A stretch of DNA of 64,000 bases, taken from positions 448,001 to 512,000 of the forward strand of contig CAWJCS010000002.1 in NCBI GenBank assembly GCA_963841435.1, written 5' to 3'. Under the pieces are notes generated by a model, which had not been told where the DNA came from, ran no database searches, and was given only the letters and a program-made list of their open reading frames with translations. Positions 9,569 through 21,711 of this stretch are shown here, one piece after another; the first letter of the stretch is position 1; each line of letters begins with the position of its first letter. The position numbers were made by a program, and so were the translations under genes. This DNA is from an uncultured delta proteobacterium. Lineage in GTDB: Bacteria; Myxococcota_A; Polyangia; Polyangiales; Polyangiaceae.

Positions 9569-11587
9569 GTGGACCGGCGGAGGTACCGGGCGTCGCCAAA
9601 GACCTTCGCGCTCCTGGCGCTGGCCGCGGTGGGCTGCAGTCAGATCCTGGGGCTCGAGGACGGCACGGTGCAGGGCGCTTGCAGTACCGACGAGGATTGC
9701 GCGCCCGGCTACGGCTGCTTTCTGTCCGCCTGCCGCTCCGGCTGCCAGACGGATCAGGACTGCGGGAGCGGCGCGTATTGTCTGCGCGCCCCCGGCGGCT
9801 CCGCCTGCATTCCCGAAACGACGGGGTGCCAGCCTAGCTGCCCGGACGGGACCGAATGCGTGAATGATCGCTGTCGCACGCCCTGCTCGAGCAGCACGGA
9901 TTGCGGTAGCGGGCAGCACTGCGACGGCGACCACTGCGTGCTCGACATCCCGAGTAGCGGCGGGTCCGCGGGCAGCGGTACCGGCGGCAACACCGGAGGC
10001 GGCGGCGGTGTTGGGCCGGGGACCGGCGGCGTCACCGGTGGCGCAGGTGGCCAGGGCGCCACGGGCGGCACCAACCCAACCGGCGGCGAGGCGGGCATGG
10101 GGGAAGCGGGAACGACCGGGATGCAAGGCCCGCGCTGTGGCGACGGCCAGCTCGATGCCGACGAGGAATGCGACGACGCCAACGCCAAGTCCGGCGACGG
10201 CTGCAGCAACGCGTGCCGCGAGGAGCTCGGGTTTGCGTGCGCCGGCGACGAACCGACGACGTGCCAGCCGATCTGTGGCGATTTCTACGTACGCGGCGAC
10301 GAAGCAACGGCCGGCGGTTGCGATGACGGTAACCGGGTCAACGGCGACGGCTGCAGCGCGAGCTGCATGGTCGAAGACGAGTACGTCTGCGCTGGCGAGC
10401 CCTCCCGCTGTCAGAAGAGCTGCGGGGACGGCGTGCTGGACGAGCTCGAAGACTGCGACGACGGCAACCACGACCGAGACGACGGCTGCTTTGCGTGTCA
10501 GGTGGAGGGCGGCTGGACCTGCGACGACAACGAGCCCTCGAAGTGCGACGACATCGACGAGTGCGGCGACGCTACGGCCACCTGCCCGGCGCACTCGGGC
10601 TGCACCAATCTGCCCGGCAGCTACGCTTGCCCCTGTGACTCCGGCTGGCTGAAAAGTGGCGAGGTGTGTGTCGACGACGACGAGTGCGCTCAGGGGAGCG
10701 ACGACTGCCCTTCCGATTCGACGTGCGGCAATCTCGCGGGCTCCTTCGAATGCGTGTGCAACTTCCCCCTCGGCGGGGAGGGCCACGCCTGTCGTGACGT
10801 GTCGTTCGCCAACTGGCGCATGCCGGGCTCCACCGGTGACTACACGGTGAGCACCGTCAGCGGCGAGGACGTCGTGCGTGACAACGTGACGGGCTTGGTT
10901 TGGCAGCGGGCGCTGTCGAGCAAGCAGTACGACTGGCAGCAGGCGGTGGACTACTGCTCGGGGCTCGAGCTCGCCGGTAGCCGCGATTGGCGCTTGCCGA
11001 TGCGCATCGAACTGGTCTCGATCCTCGCTCCTTACGGGGTGGGGTCCACGCCCAAGCTAGACCAGACGGCTTTTCCCGGCACCCCGGGTGCGTCGTTCTG
11101 GACGGGCTCGCGGCCGGGCCAGAGCGCGTCACAGGCCTACAGCGTCCGATTTGACGAATCCTGGACGGTCGTGTCAACGGCTACCAGCGCGGCGTACGCG
11201 CGCTGCGTGCGCACCGGTGCCAGCACCCCGGCCCAGCCGCGCTTCGAGACCGACAGCTCGACGACCATCGACCACGAGACGCACTTGCGCTGGCAGCGTT
11301 CCGTCGCGCAGACCGAGCACGGTAAGACCAGTTGCGGCACCGTGGGCGGCTTTTCCGACTGGCGACTGCCGACACTCAAGGAGATGCAGACGTTGGTGCA
11401 CGAGTCGCTGAGCCCGGCCATCGACACCAGCTACTTCCCGGGCTCGACCAGCACCTACTGGACCTCGACCCTGGCCTCGCCACCGAGCGGCTACTACACG
11501 CTGAACTTCAGCGCGGGGACGACGGGCGAGTCGGAAGGCGGTGGTACTGGCACGAACTACAGGCGCTGCGTGCGCGACGAGCCCTGA
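9569..11587 (+). CDS. Lipoprotein with Cys-rich, myxococcal Cys-rich (DUF4215-like) and EGF-Ca repeats and two DUF1566 (Lcl C-terminal) domains
   Basis: AAVGC lipobox; CGDG..EECDDxN..GDGCS repeats; DIDEC/DDDEC EGF; DNVTGLVWQR..DWRLP..EL and DHETHLRWQR..DWRLP. Confidence 0.85.
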   Translation: MDRRRYRASPKTFALLALAAVGCSQILGLEDGTVQGACSTDEDCAPGYGCFLSACRSGCQTDQDCGSGAYCLRAPGGSACIPETTGCQPSCPDGTECVNDRCRTPCSSSTDCGSGQHCDGDHCVLDIPSSGGSAGSGTGGNTGGGGGVGPGTGGVTGGAGGQGATGGTNPTGGEAGMGEAGTTGMQGPRCGDGQLDADEECDDANAKSGDGCSNACREELGFACAGDEPTTCQPICGDFYVRGDEATAGGCDDGNRVNGDGCSASCMVEDEYVCAGEPSRCQKSCGDGVLDELEDCDDGNHDRDDGCFACQVEGGWTCDDNEPSKCDDIDECGDATATCPAHSGCTNLPGSYACPCDSGWLKSGEVCVDDDECAQGSDDCPSDSTCGNLAGSFECVCNFPLGGEGHACRDVSFANWRMPGSTGDYTVSTVSGEDVVRDNVTGLVWQRALSSKQYDWQQAVDYCSGLELAGSRDWRLPMRIELVSILAPYGVGSTPKLDQTAFPGTPGASFWTGSRPGQSASQAYSVRFDESWTVVSTATSAAYARCVRTGASTPAQPRFETDSSTTIDHETHLRWQRSVAQTEHGKTSCGTVGGFSDWRLPTLKEMQTLVHESLSPAIDTSYFPGSTSTYWTSTLASPPSGYYTLNFSAGTTGESEGGGTGTNYRRCVRDEP

Positions 11588-11622
11588 GCGCTTCACGGGC
11601 GCACGAGGGGACCCGGCACAAT

Positions 11623-12650
11623 CTAGAACGCATCGCGCGCCCACAACGACGCGCCTTCACCGCCGAGCGCAACGCCGAAGGTCGGTCGTGCGCCCTGTGA
11701 CTTCTCGTCCGCAACCGGGGACGCCGGCGCCGTGAACCACAGGACGCCGGCGCCGACGAGGGCCGCTCCGCCGGCAACCGTGGCGATCGTGGCGACCAGC
11801 GCACGGCTCTTGGCCTTCTGGCGCAGGTCGTCACCTTCGGGGGTGCAAACGTTCCTCGCGTTGCAAAGTGCGTTCGAATCGCTCTCGCTGCTCTGCGCGC
11901 TGAGGCCGAAAAAGCCGCCGACGCCGACGCCCACCAGGCCGAGGCCACCGAGGCCGAGTGCGGCAATGCGCTGGCCGGAACCCGGGTCGCCCGGGGCCTG
12001 CGGCCCCCCCGGCGCCGGCAGTGGGGATGGCGCTTTGGGCTCGGGAGTAAGCGGAGCGACGACGAATCTTGCCTCCTGACCCTCACCGGTGACCGCGACC
12101 TTGGCGCTCTGCGATAGGTAGGCTGGCGCGGACACGCGCACCACGTGCTCGCCCGCGTCGACGGCTACGGGGCTCCCCCAGACGGTGCTCGCCACCACCG
12201 TCCCGTCGCGCTTCACCACGATGCCCGGCACGCGAGCCGCCACGGGCACCTCAATCACGAGCCTGCTCACGCGTGGAGCGAGCGCAAGCGCCCGAGCGCG
12301 AGCCGTGCCCGCGCGCGCATCCCCACGCTGCTCGGCAATCTCCGTGGCAGAGCGAAAGCTCGCCCAGGCGCTCGCGAGCTGGCCGTTCTTTTCGTAACAG
12401 TCAGCGAGGTAGAGCAGCACGCCGAGCTGCGCGTCGAGCCGATTGCTCTCGGCGTACTTCGGGCAGGCTTCGGCGAACCTGCCGCTCGCAACGAGCCGCT
12501 CTGCTTCGTCGAAGAGCTGCACGGCGCCGGCCTTCGCTTCGGCAGACGCGGGCTCAGCGGCCGCGACCGGGCGCGGGGCGGCAAGCAGCGAGAAGACCAC
12601 GAAGCAGGCTCCGGCGTGTCCGTTCCGTTGGCCGCGTGCGACCATGTGAC

Positions 12651-12654
<4 letters not shown>
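11623..12654 (-). CDS. TPR plus PEGA-like membrane protein
   Basis: LFDEAERL..EACPKYAESNRLD..LADCYEKNGQLASAW; beta-rich PEGA-like middle; C-terminal hydrophobic helices; ATGA overlap with the kinase stop. Confidence 0.75.
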
Positions 12655-14136
<1,482 letters not shown>

Positions 14137-14286
14137 CCGACGATCTCACAGGATCGGGGCCTCTCCCGTCAACTCCCACCGCCCGTTCGCGCCCGGCAGT
14201 TTCTCTGCGCGGTGGCGCGGTGGCTCAACCTGGCACGACCGCTCGCGCCGCCAATGGCAATGGTCGGCTATAGCGGGCCTCCGGTG

Positions 14287-14302
14287 TGGCACGCCAGTTG
14301 CT
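14287..14302 (+). promoter_or_regulatory. Putative sigma54 -24/-12 promoter
   Basis: TGGCACGCCAGTTGCT matches TGGCACG-N4-TTGC just upstream of ATG 14315. Confidence 0.55.
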
Positions 14303-14314
14303 CCTCGCAGGCCT

Positions 14315-16024
14315 ATGCTTCGAAATCCCAGGTGCGCCACTGCCGGGTTCGGACTGCTCCTTCTGCTCTCCTGCTCCAGCCGGCCCGATCGCGTGACCGG
14401 CAGCGCCGGGCGGGGCGCCGCCGCGGGCACGGGCGGCGGTGAGATCGGGGCCGGGGGGCAAGGCGGTGGCGTCGGGGGCTCGACCAGCGGAGGGGAGGGT
14501 GGCTCTTCCGGCACGAGTGGGTCGAACGCGGGCGAGGTCGGTGGAAGCGGCGGCAGCGGGGTGTCCGGTAGTGGCGGCAGTGCGGCGTCGAGCAGCGGCG
14601 GCAGCGGAGCGACTGCGGGCGGCGACGAAGGTGGCGCGTCGGCGTGTGCGGCGTCGCGCGCCGATACCTGGACGGCCCTGCCCACCGACGACGAGCCCAG
14701 CGCGCGCGACGTGGCCTGGGTCATCCCGATCGAAGACGGCGTGTTGATCTTCGGTGGACTGGTCACGGGCGCCGCCGATCCATTCCTCGACGACGGCGCG
14801 ATTTATCGGCTGTGCGACGACGCGTGGGCGCCGACGAGCACCGACGGCGTCCCGCACGCGATCACCGACACCGTGGCGCACCGACCCACGGGCACGTGGA
14901 CGGGGAGCGAGCTCTTGGTGTGGGGCGGCGTACCCGGCGGCACGAGCTACCAGGAGGGCGAGCCGGTCTCGTTTGCGGCTCGCTATGACAGCACGACCGA
15001 CACCTGGTCCGACATGAACCGAACGGGGGGGCCCACCTCGGCGGACGAGGACGTCGTGGTGTGGACCGGTGAGCGGCTGCTGGTGTGGGGCGGCGTCGCG
15101 CTGGGAGAGAGCGGCTTTGCGAATCACGACGACGGCGCGCTGTATGATCCGAAGACCGACAGCTGGGCCCCGATGTCCGTAAGCGGCGCCCCGCCCGGTG
15201 GTTATGAGAAGGGTCGCTACGTGTGGACGGGGGACAAGCTCGTCGTCTGGGGTGGGCTACAGGAGGCGGGGACGGGCTCGAGCCCGAAGTACACGACACT
15301 TCAGGAAGGCGCCGTCTACGACCCCGCGCAGGATAGCTGGACGCCGGCGTCGACCGACGGCGCGCCCAGCGCAACCCTCGCGCCGCTCGTCTGGACGGGC
15401 ACGCGCCTCATCGCCCTCGAGATGCTCGACGGGTATTCGACACCAGGTCAGGTCAAGTTCGCAGGTGGGCTCTTCGATCCGGCGTCGAACCATTGGACGC
15501 CGATGAGCCCGCCTGACCTCGCGCTCGCCGACGGCTTCGAGAACGCGCAACAGTGGGTGGTGTGGACGGGATCGCAGTTGGCGGTGTTCGGCACCGGCGG
15601 GACCGACAGCGGGTTTGCCACGATCTCGCTGCTGTATGATCCGCAAAGCGACACTTGGTCGAGCGCGGACGGGCCGAACGGCCTCGGCTACTACGACATC
15701 AGGACCGTCGCGGCCGTCGGCGGCAAAGTCGTCGTCTCCGGCATCGGTCCGACCACCAAGGACGCCCGAGGCGCCGATCACGCGTCGACGCTGGTGAGCG
15801 TCTTGGATCCGGCGACGCGCACCTGGAGCGATCTGCCGCTCATCGAGAACCGCACGCAGCCGTCCGTGGTCGCGCTGCCCGGGCACGTCATCGTCTGGGG
15901 CGGCTACGACATCTACACGGACCTCGACGCCCCGAACCCCTGTATCGGCTCGACCGGCCCCTGCGATCCCGTGACACCGATGGTTCGTGATCATCTGGGC
16001 GACGGGGTTCGGATCGACCTCTGA
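14315..16024 (+). CDS. Kelch-like beta-propeller lipoprotein
   Basis: LLLLSC lipobox, Gly/Ser linker, repeated (V)WTGxxLxVWGG...YDPxxDxW blades. Confidence 0.8.
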   Translation: MLRNPRCATAGFGLLLLLSCSSRPDRVTGSAGRGAAAGTGGGEIGAGGQGGGVGGSTSGGEGGSSGTSGSNAGEVGGSGGSGVSGSGGSAASSSGGSGATAGGDEGGASACAASRADTWTALPTDDEPSARDVAWVIPIEDGVLIFGGLVTGAADPFLDDGAIYRLCDDAWAPTSTDGVPHAITDTVAHRPTGTWTGSELLVWGGVPGGTSYQEGEPVSFAARYDSTTDTWSDMNRTGGPTSADEDVVVWTGERLLVWGGVALGESGFANHDDGALYDPKTDSWAPMSVSGAPPGGYEKGRYVWTGDKLVVWGGLQEAGTGSSPKYTTLQEGAVYDPAQDSWTPASTDGAPSATLAPLVWTGTRLIALEMLDGYSTPGQVKFAGGLFDPASNHWTPMSPPDLALADGFENAQQWVVWTGSQLAVFGTGGTDSGFATISLLYDPQSDTWSSADGPNGLGYYDIRTVAAVGGKVVVSGIGPTTKDARGADHASTLVSVLDPATRTWSDLPLIENRTQPSVVALPGHVIVWGGYDIYTDLDAPNPCIGSTGPCDPVTPMVRDHLGDGVRIDL

Positions 16025-16064
16025 GGCTCCCGGGTGCGGGCCTGGGAGCCGCTAGGAGCTCTCG

Positions 16065-16448
16065 CTACTCTGCGCCCCGTGCCTCGCTAGCTAGAAACTC
16101 GATCGGCCGGACCTCGCACTCGAACTCGAACTCCGGCCAGTACTTGTTGTGCAGATTCATGAACTCCGCCGTGAGCCGGAGGATCTCTTCTTTCGAGCTC
16201 GCTTGGAGGATCGCCCACCCGCCAATGAGCTCCTTGCTCTCGATGAACGGGCCGTCCGTCGTGGTGAGCTTCCCGTTCGAAAGCCGCATGCGGAAGCCAT
16301 CCCGGCTTGGGGCCAGGCCGCCCGTGTCGACGAGCGCGCCCTCCTTGGTGAGCTTCTCGATGAGCTTGCCCATCGCCTCCATCATGGCGGCGGGGGGCTG
16401 AGCATCGCGGTACTTCTCCGAGCTGCGGGCGAAACTGAGATATTTCAT
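16065..16448 (-). CDS. YciI/DGPF-family protein
   Basis: TTDGPFIESKELIGGWAIL...CEVRPI. Confidence 0.85.
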   Translation of the reverse strand: MKYLSFARSSEKYRDAQPPAAMMEAMGKLIEKLTKEGALVDTGGLAPSRDGFRMRLSNGKLTTTDGPFIESKELIGGWAILQASSKEEILRLTAEFMNLHNKYWPEFEFECEVRPIEFLASEARGAE

Positions 16449-16631
16449 CGTTGGTCCTCTTCTTGGAGTTTCGATCAGGCGACGAACGAGACCGCGCCGG
16501 ATCGACACGCTCCGCCGATTTTTCGTCGCGGAACGCGCGTCACAGAAAAAGCGTCGTCTGTTCAAGAACTTGGGCGGGGCAGGCTACTTCCGCTGCCGGC
16601 TGAGCTCTTGCTCAACGCCGCCGCCGAGCAC

Positions 16632-17888
16632 TCAGGGACTTCCCGGCGCGTGGCGCTCGCTGAGGAGCAAGCCCTCGACGTCCATGCGGGAGCCGGGCGC
16701 GCCACGCTTGCTGGCACGGTAGCGGCGCCACTGCCAGGCCGCGTGCTCTTCGACCTGGAAAGACATGGGTATGCGCTCGAGCAGCGATGCGACCCCGAGC
16801 GCGAAGGTCTTCTGTCCCGTCTCGCGCTCGACGCCCGCGGCGTCCCGCAGCGTGGGCCGGCTGATCACGTCGGAGCAAAGCACGATGTGCTCGGCGGCGC
16901 CCGCAAGGCTCGTGACGTGGTCCTGCTGAACCCTGAGCTCGAACTCCCACCAAGGCACGACCCAGCGACGTTCAGCCTCGCCTTGTAGCTCGCCGAACCG
17001 CGGTTCATACAGGCGCAGGGCGTACACCCGCTGTGGCCACGCGATCTGGCTGAGCACCAGGTCCGAGATCAGCAGATCGGCCCGCTCGCCCGCGCCGAGG
17101 AGCCGAGGTGGCTCGGGCAGCCAGTACGAGCGGCACAGGTGCGAAAGCTCGGCGGTGATCTCGTCCACGCCACCGCTGCCGGCGAGCACCTGCTCCACCG
17201 CGCGCACGAGCTGGCCGTTGATGCCGGACAGATCCAGCACGCGCGTCTCCACTCGCGCGCGCAGTCCGGGATCCTTGAACGTGGACGACACGGTCGCGTC
17301 CAGGGCCGCCCCGTCGATGTCGATCAGCAAAAGCCGCGCGAAGTCCCGAGCCAGCTCCGAAAGCGGCAGATCGAAGGCTTGTCCGGCCCCCAGCACGACC
17401 GCGAGCTCCCTCTCTCTGCACCTCCCCACGGCCTGCTCGATGAAAGCGCGGTTCCGCTTGGCGTGCGCCCACCAGCCCTCGCGGTTCGCCTGCTGGGCTC
17501 TCGCGATGCCAGCCGAGGTCTGGCTGAACCCGAGCTTGGCGAAGGCGTCCGCATCGAGCGCCGGATCCCATCGCCACGGAAAGCGCTCGCTGGCGTTCGT
17601 GCCGAGCGCCGAAAGCGCGCTCAAGGCGTCCCCCAGAACACAGCTTGGCACCTCGGGCGCCTTGCCGGCGACGAGGAACATCGTGTGCGCGAACCTGACC
17701 AGCGTCTCGATCTGGCCGGGCTCTAGGGATTGCTCCCGCCGCATCACCGCGCGCAACTGAGCGGCGTCTGTGGCCGAGATCGGCGGCTTCTCGGCGAGGA
17801 GCACTTCGCCGGCGTACCAGTCGAGCGCGCGCTCGACGGCCTGCAAAGACACCGCGGCCCGGGGGTCGATAACGGCAGCGGCCCCCAC
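16632..17888 (-). CDS. Hypothetical protein with class I SAM-methyltransferase-like fold
   Basis: AVVLGAG motif I-like, LLLIDID acidic strand end, DLLISDLVLSQ. Confidence 0.55.
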   Translation of the reverse strand: MGAAAVIDPRAAVSLQAVERALDWYAGEVLLAEKPPISATDAAQLRAVMRREQSLEPGQIETLVRFAHTMFLVAGKAPEVPSCVLGDALSALSALGTNASERFPWRWDPALDADAFAKLGFSQTSAGIARAQQANREGWWAHAKRNRAFIEQAVGRCRERELAVVLGAGQAFDLPLSELARDFARLLLIDIDGAALDATVSSTFKDPGLRARVETRVLDLSGINGQLVRAVEQVLAGSGGVDEITAELSHLCRSYWLPEPPRLLGAGERADLLISDLVLSQIAWPQRVYALRLYEPRFGELQGEAERRWVVPWWEFELRVQQDHVTSLAGAAEHIVLCSDVISRPTLRDAAGVERETGQKTFALGVASLLERIPMSFQVEEHAAWQWRRYRASKRGAPGSRMDVEGLLLSERHAPGSP

Positions 17889-17899
17889 CGCGGCGCCCG

Positions 17900-19285
17900 T
17901 CAGGCCAGGATCTCGGGCATGGTTTTGGTCGTCTGGTCCCAGCTCCCGTACTGAGTCACGTTGAGCCCCATGACCTGCTGCATCGTGAGCATCAGCTCAG
18001 TGACTTTGCGCCCCGGCAGGCGCACGTGGCGATTACCTGGCAGCTGTCCGCCCGCGTGCCCCATAAGGACGATGCGGTAGTCCGTATGCACGTGCCACTG
18101 CGGCTCGAAGGCGATCTCGCTGATGCCGTAGCAGAGCGTCTGGTCGAGCACGGTGCTGGCACCGATGGTAGTTGCCTTCATGACCTTCGCGAGATCGGCG
18201 TACTGCTCCATGATGTAGCGCTCGATCTTGGTGTGTTCCGCCGTATTGCCGTCATGCGTCAGGGTGTGGTGGTCCCTGTTGACGTTGATCTGCGGGTAGG
18301 TGTTTTCGTCGCGAGCGCCGGACCACAAGTGCGTGTAGACCCGGGTCATATTGCACGCGAGGGCCGCTGTGATCAGGCGGTTCAGCGCCTGGCTCTTCGC
18401 CGTTACGTCGGGAAGGTTCGTGGCGGGCGCGGTCGGATTGCAGCTGTCCATGGGCGGGGTCGTGCCGCCGTCGGACCCTTCCGGGATGCGCAGCTCCACC
18501 GCACGGATACTCTCCATGTGCGCGTCGATGCGCTGGGCGTCCGCGACCCCGACGGTCCCCTTCAGGCGGTTCGCGTCCTCCCACACCGCGTCGAGCACGC
18601 TTCGCCGTAGATTGTTCGCGACGTCCGTCGGAACTCCGGACGAGCCCCCCGATCCAGTTGGCACCCCATTGCCGAACAGCGTGTTGAAGAGCTTTGCCGG
18701 GTCGCGCTCGGGCGGCAAAAAATCGTTGGGGCCGCGATGGGCGAGGTTGTTACTCACCGTGCCCATGTTGATGCCCTTGAACGCGAGCACGCCGGTCTCG
18801 AGCGACTTGAACGGCTGGTCCGTGTGAATGGCGTCCGCGATGATCTGATCGATCGTGGGCTTGTACTGAGTTGCGCTCGGGTTCTCTGCGCCCGTTGTGA
18901 TGTCGGAGGTCTTGTTGATAGTCTTGCCGTCGCCGCCCGCGAGCACGTACATCACACCCCACCCGTGGCCCTTGAACTGGGCGTCCATCATGTCCAGGCC
19001 CGTGACGAACGTCATGTCGTTCTTCACCTCCTGGAACGCCTGCAGGTTCAGGGGGAGCTGCCAGTTGCTGCCGCTACCTGACGGGGTCCAGTCCCCCACG
19101 TAGTAGCTGTTGCCCCAGAAGAAGATGCCGAACGTGGTGGGCAGCGGCTCACCCTGCGCGAACGCGTCGCCGTGGTCGTTGCACATGGCATCGAGGATGG
19201 GTAGCCAGAGCGACACACCGATGCCACCGACGGCGCCCTTTAAGGCGAATCGGCGAGAAACGCGGAGCTTTTTCAGGATTTCCAT
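17900..19285 (-). CDS. DUF1552-family Tat-exported protein #2
   Basis: VSRRFALKG Tat; PTIDQIIA; RSVLDAV; ALACNMTRV; DHHTLTHD. Confidence 0.9.
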   Translation of the reverse strand: MEILKKLRVSRRFALKGAVGGIGVSLWLPILDAMCNDHGDAFAQGEPLPTTFGIFFWGNSYYVGDWTPSGSGSNWQLPLNLQAFQEVKNDMTFVTGLDMMDAQFKGHGWGVMYVLAGGDGKTINKTSDITTGAENPSATQYKPTIDQIIADAIHTDQPFKSLETGVLAFKGINMGTVSNNLAHRGPNDFLPPERDPAKLFNTLFGNGVPTGSGGSSGVPTDVANNLRRSVLDAVWEDANRLKGTVGVADAQRIDAHMESIRAVELRIPEGSDGGTTPPMDSCNPTAPATNLPDVTAKSQALNRLITAALACNMTRVYTHLWSGARDENTYPQINVNRDHHTLTHDGNTAEHTKIERYIMEQYADLAKVMKATTIGASTVLDQTLCYGISEIAFEPQWHVHTDYRIVLMGHAGGQLPGNRHVRLPGRKVTELMLTMQQVMGLNVTQYGSWDQTTKTMPEILA

Positions 19286-19288
19286 GGC

Positions 19289-21190
19289 TTACGGATTCTC
19301 TCCCGTGATCGGAAGTGCGGGCGCGGAGCGGAAGGCGTCGCCGACGACGAAGTCGGCAACGAAGTCGCGAAACACGTAGTTGCGCGAGGCCAGGGTCGCC
19401 CCCATGGTGTCAACTTGCGGCTGGTCGTAGAGGTCGTCCGCGCGACCGTTGACGTTACGATAGAAGTTGCGAAGCAGGCACTCGTTCGCGACAGGGCTCG
19501 CGCGCAGCGCCGCTCCGAGGCCGACCGCGTCGTCGAACGCCGTCCCGTCTTCCAGGACGCCGCTCGCGTCGATCGCGAGCCCGTTCTCCGTTTCGCGATA
19601 CCGGCCGATGGAGTCGAAATGTTCTAGTGCCATGCCCAGCGGATCGAACATGCTGTGACATCCGGCGCATACTGGATTCGAACGGTGCTGTTCGAGCTTC
19701 TGGCGAGTCGTCAGCGTTGGATCGTCGGGGATCTTGGTGTTCACGTTGCCCGGCGGTGGGTCGGGCACCGTGCAAAAGAACGCCTGAATCATGTACAAGC
19801 CGCGGACGGTGGGGGACGAGTGATCCGACTTGGAGTGGCCGGCGAGCATGGCCGCCTGGCCCATGATTCCAACCCGGCCCGACGTGGGAGCGAGCGTGAA
19901 TTGAGCAAAGCCCGAGTTCGGAGCGGTGACGCCGTAGATCGGGGCGAGCGCCGCGTCGGCAAAGGTCTGATTGCTGTCGAAGAACGAACGCACGTCGGCG
20001 GAAGGGGCGAGGACCACCCGCTCGAGGAACAGCCGCGTGCCCTCCTTCATGGAGTTCTGCAGGGTGGCGTTGTAGGTCGGAAACATGTTGGGGTCCTTGT
20101 CCGACACCATGACGAGCTCCGCCTGCGAGTACTCGTAGAAGAACGCGGTCAGCCGATCGACGAGGCCTGGATCGCTGAGCAGCGGAGCCGCCGCGGTTTT
20201 CACGCCTTCGGCCGTGTCCAGCTGACCTGACTCGCCCGCCGTCAGAAGCTCCGGGCTCGGCGGGCCCCCAGTGAGGAAGTAGGCGAGACGGACCGCCATC
20301 GATCGACCGTCGTACTTGAGCCGCCCGTTCGCCGTATCGAGCGCGTTGGTCTCGACGCGATAGAGGAAGTTCGGCGACTGCAGTAGGCCGGAGACCACCG
20401 TCGAGAGCCCGACTGCTGCGCTACCTCCCAACGCGGCCGCGTCGCGCGCGACCTGAACCCATTGCTGGAACTCCGGGTCCGACACGTCGCGCCGGAACGC
20501 GCGCTTGCCGAACGCGCGCACGAACGTCTCCACACAGGTGTCGCTCAGGTCCGCCTTGGGCTGGCAGCCCACGAGCGTTTGCCAGCGCGCCATGTCCGCA
20601 AACACCTCCGCCACGACCGCGCGACTCGCGACCTCGTATTTGTCGGCGGCCGTTGCGTTGACGGTCACCTTCGACGCGCCGAGCGCGACGAGCCCCCCGA
20701 CGGACGTGTCATCCGGGAGGTCGAGCGGAGTCGTCACGTTACCGAACAAGCTCTTCAATGAGGCCAGGTACTCGGCCTGCGTGAGCAGCCTCAGCTGGAC
20801 CCCGCCTGTGCTCAGGGGCGCCGAGCCGGCGCTGCCACCCGCTCCCGTGCCACCCGCGCTGCTGCCCGCTGCGCCACCCACTGCGCCAGCCCCAGCGCTA
20901 CCTCCAGCGCCAGCCCCAACGCTACCGGCAGCGCCACCGGCCGTGGTGCCGCCACCGCCGCCGGTCGTCGTTGCGCCGCTGCCGCCGCTGGCCAGGTTCC
21001 CCGTCCCGCCGACACTCGGTGGCTGGGTCGTCGGGCCGTCGATCTGCCCCGTACAGGCGACCGTGAAGAAAGCGGCGCAACTGACAGCAACGGCCGCTGA
21101 GGCTCGGGCCGCGTTGACCACCCGCGCGGCACTTGGAAACTCATGACCTCGCAGGCCGCGCTTTTGTTTGATCTGGCTTGGTCGATGCAC
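19289..21190 (-). CDS. DUF1592-type PSD/PSCyt lipoprotein #2 with CxxCH
   Basis: TVAC lipobox, Gly linker, LRLLTQAEY, LQSPNFLYR, SSPTVRG, CAGCHSMFDPLG. Confidence 0.9.
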   Translation of the reverse strand: MHRPSQIKQKRGLRGHEFPSAARVVNAARASAAVAVSCAAFFTVACTGQIDGPTTQPPSVGGTGNLASGGSGATTTGGGGGTTAGGAAGSVGAGAGGSAGAGAVGGAAGSSAGGTGAGGSAGSAPLSTGGVQLRLLTQAEYLASLKSLFGNVTTPLDLPDDTSVGGLVALGASKVTVNATAADKYEVASRAVVAEVFADMARWQTLVGCQPKADLSDTCVETFVRAFGKRAFRRDVSDPEFQQWVQVARDAAALGGSAAVGLSTVVSGLLQSPNFLYRVETNALDTANGRLKYDGRSMAVRLAYFLTGGPPSPELLTAGESGQLDTAEGVKTAAAPLLSDPGLVDRLTAFFYEYSQAELVMVSDKDPNMFPTYNATLQNSMKEGTRLFLERVVLAPSADVRSFFDSNQTFADAALAPIYGVTAPNSGFAQFTLAPTSGRVGIMGQAAMLAGHSKSDHSSPTVRGLYMIQAFFCTVPDPPPGNVNTKIPDDPTLTTRQKLEQHRSNPVCAGCHSMFDPLGMALEHFDSIGRYRETENGLAIDASGVLEDGTAFDDAVGLGAALRASPVANECLLRNFYRNVNGRADDLYDQPQVDTMGATLASRNYVFRDFVADFVVGDAFRSAPALPITGENP

Positions 21191-21711
21191 GACGAGTGGG
21201 CCTTTCGGCTGGATGGGTCAGGTTAAAAACCGCCGAACCACCTCGACTGGTTCACATAAAGAGCGGGACCTTCCGACGAGCGGCAGCAATTCCATTGTTG
21301 GTGGAAGGATCTCGCACGAGGGCTCGGGTTTCAATCATCCTCGCCCGTTTCTGACGACAAAATCCGCGCTTCTTTGGATCTCGCGCGTTCGCTCTGCCCC
21401 GTGGCGAGCAAGCGCTACGTTAAAGAGACTGCCGAGGCGACAGAAACTGTTCAGCAAAAAATCACGGCAGGGACAGAGGGCAGACAGCGCTCGGCACCTC
21501 CCGTCCAGGAGACCACAAAAAGGGGCACGCGCGGTACGTTTCTTGAACCTATTTGTCCGGCCAGCGAGTCTCTATCTCGGGCCGAGGAGTCTCAAGGAGA
21601 TGACGGTAGCAAATCCGAACACGCCAAGGTTGAAAAAGAGGTTTGCGTCGGCGGGAACGGCCGAGAGCGGCCGAGCAGTCTGGTAAGACGACGGAAACGG
21701 AAGGAGATGCC

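Noticed and set aside
9413-10786. N-terminal 458 aa of the 1068-aa ORF 7580..10786
   Set aside because: Antisense shadow of the 9569..11587 gene; the real lipoprotein leader starts near 9412
21200-21711. Riboswitch or 28-aa leader peptide (MTVANPNT...AVW) in the divergent intergenic region
   Set aside because: No riboswitch consensus recognised and no independent support for the small ORF; an Rfam scan or Ribo-seq would be needed
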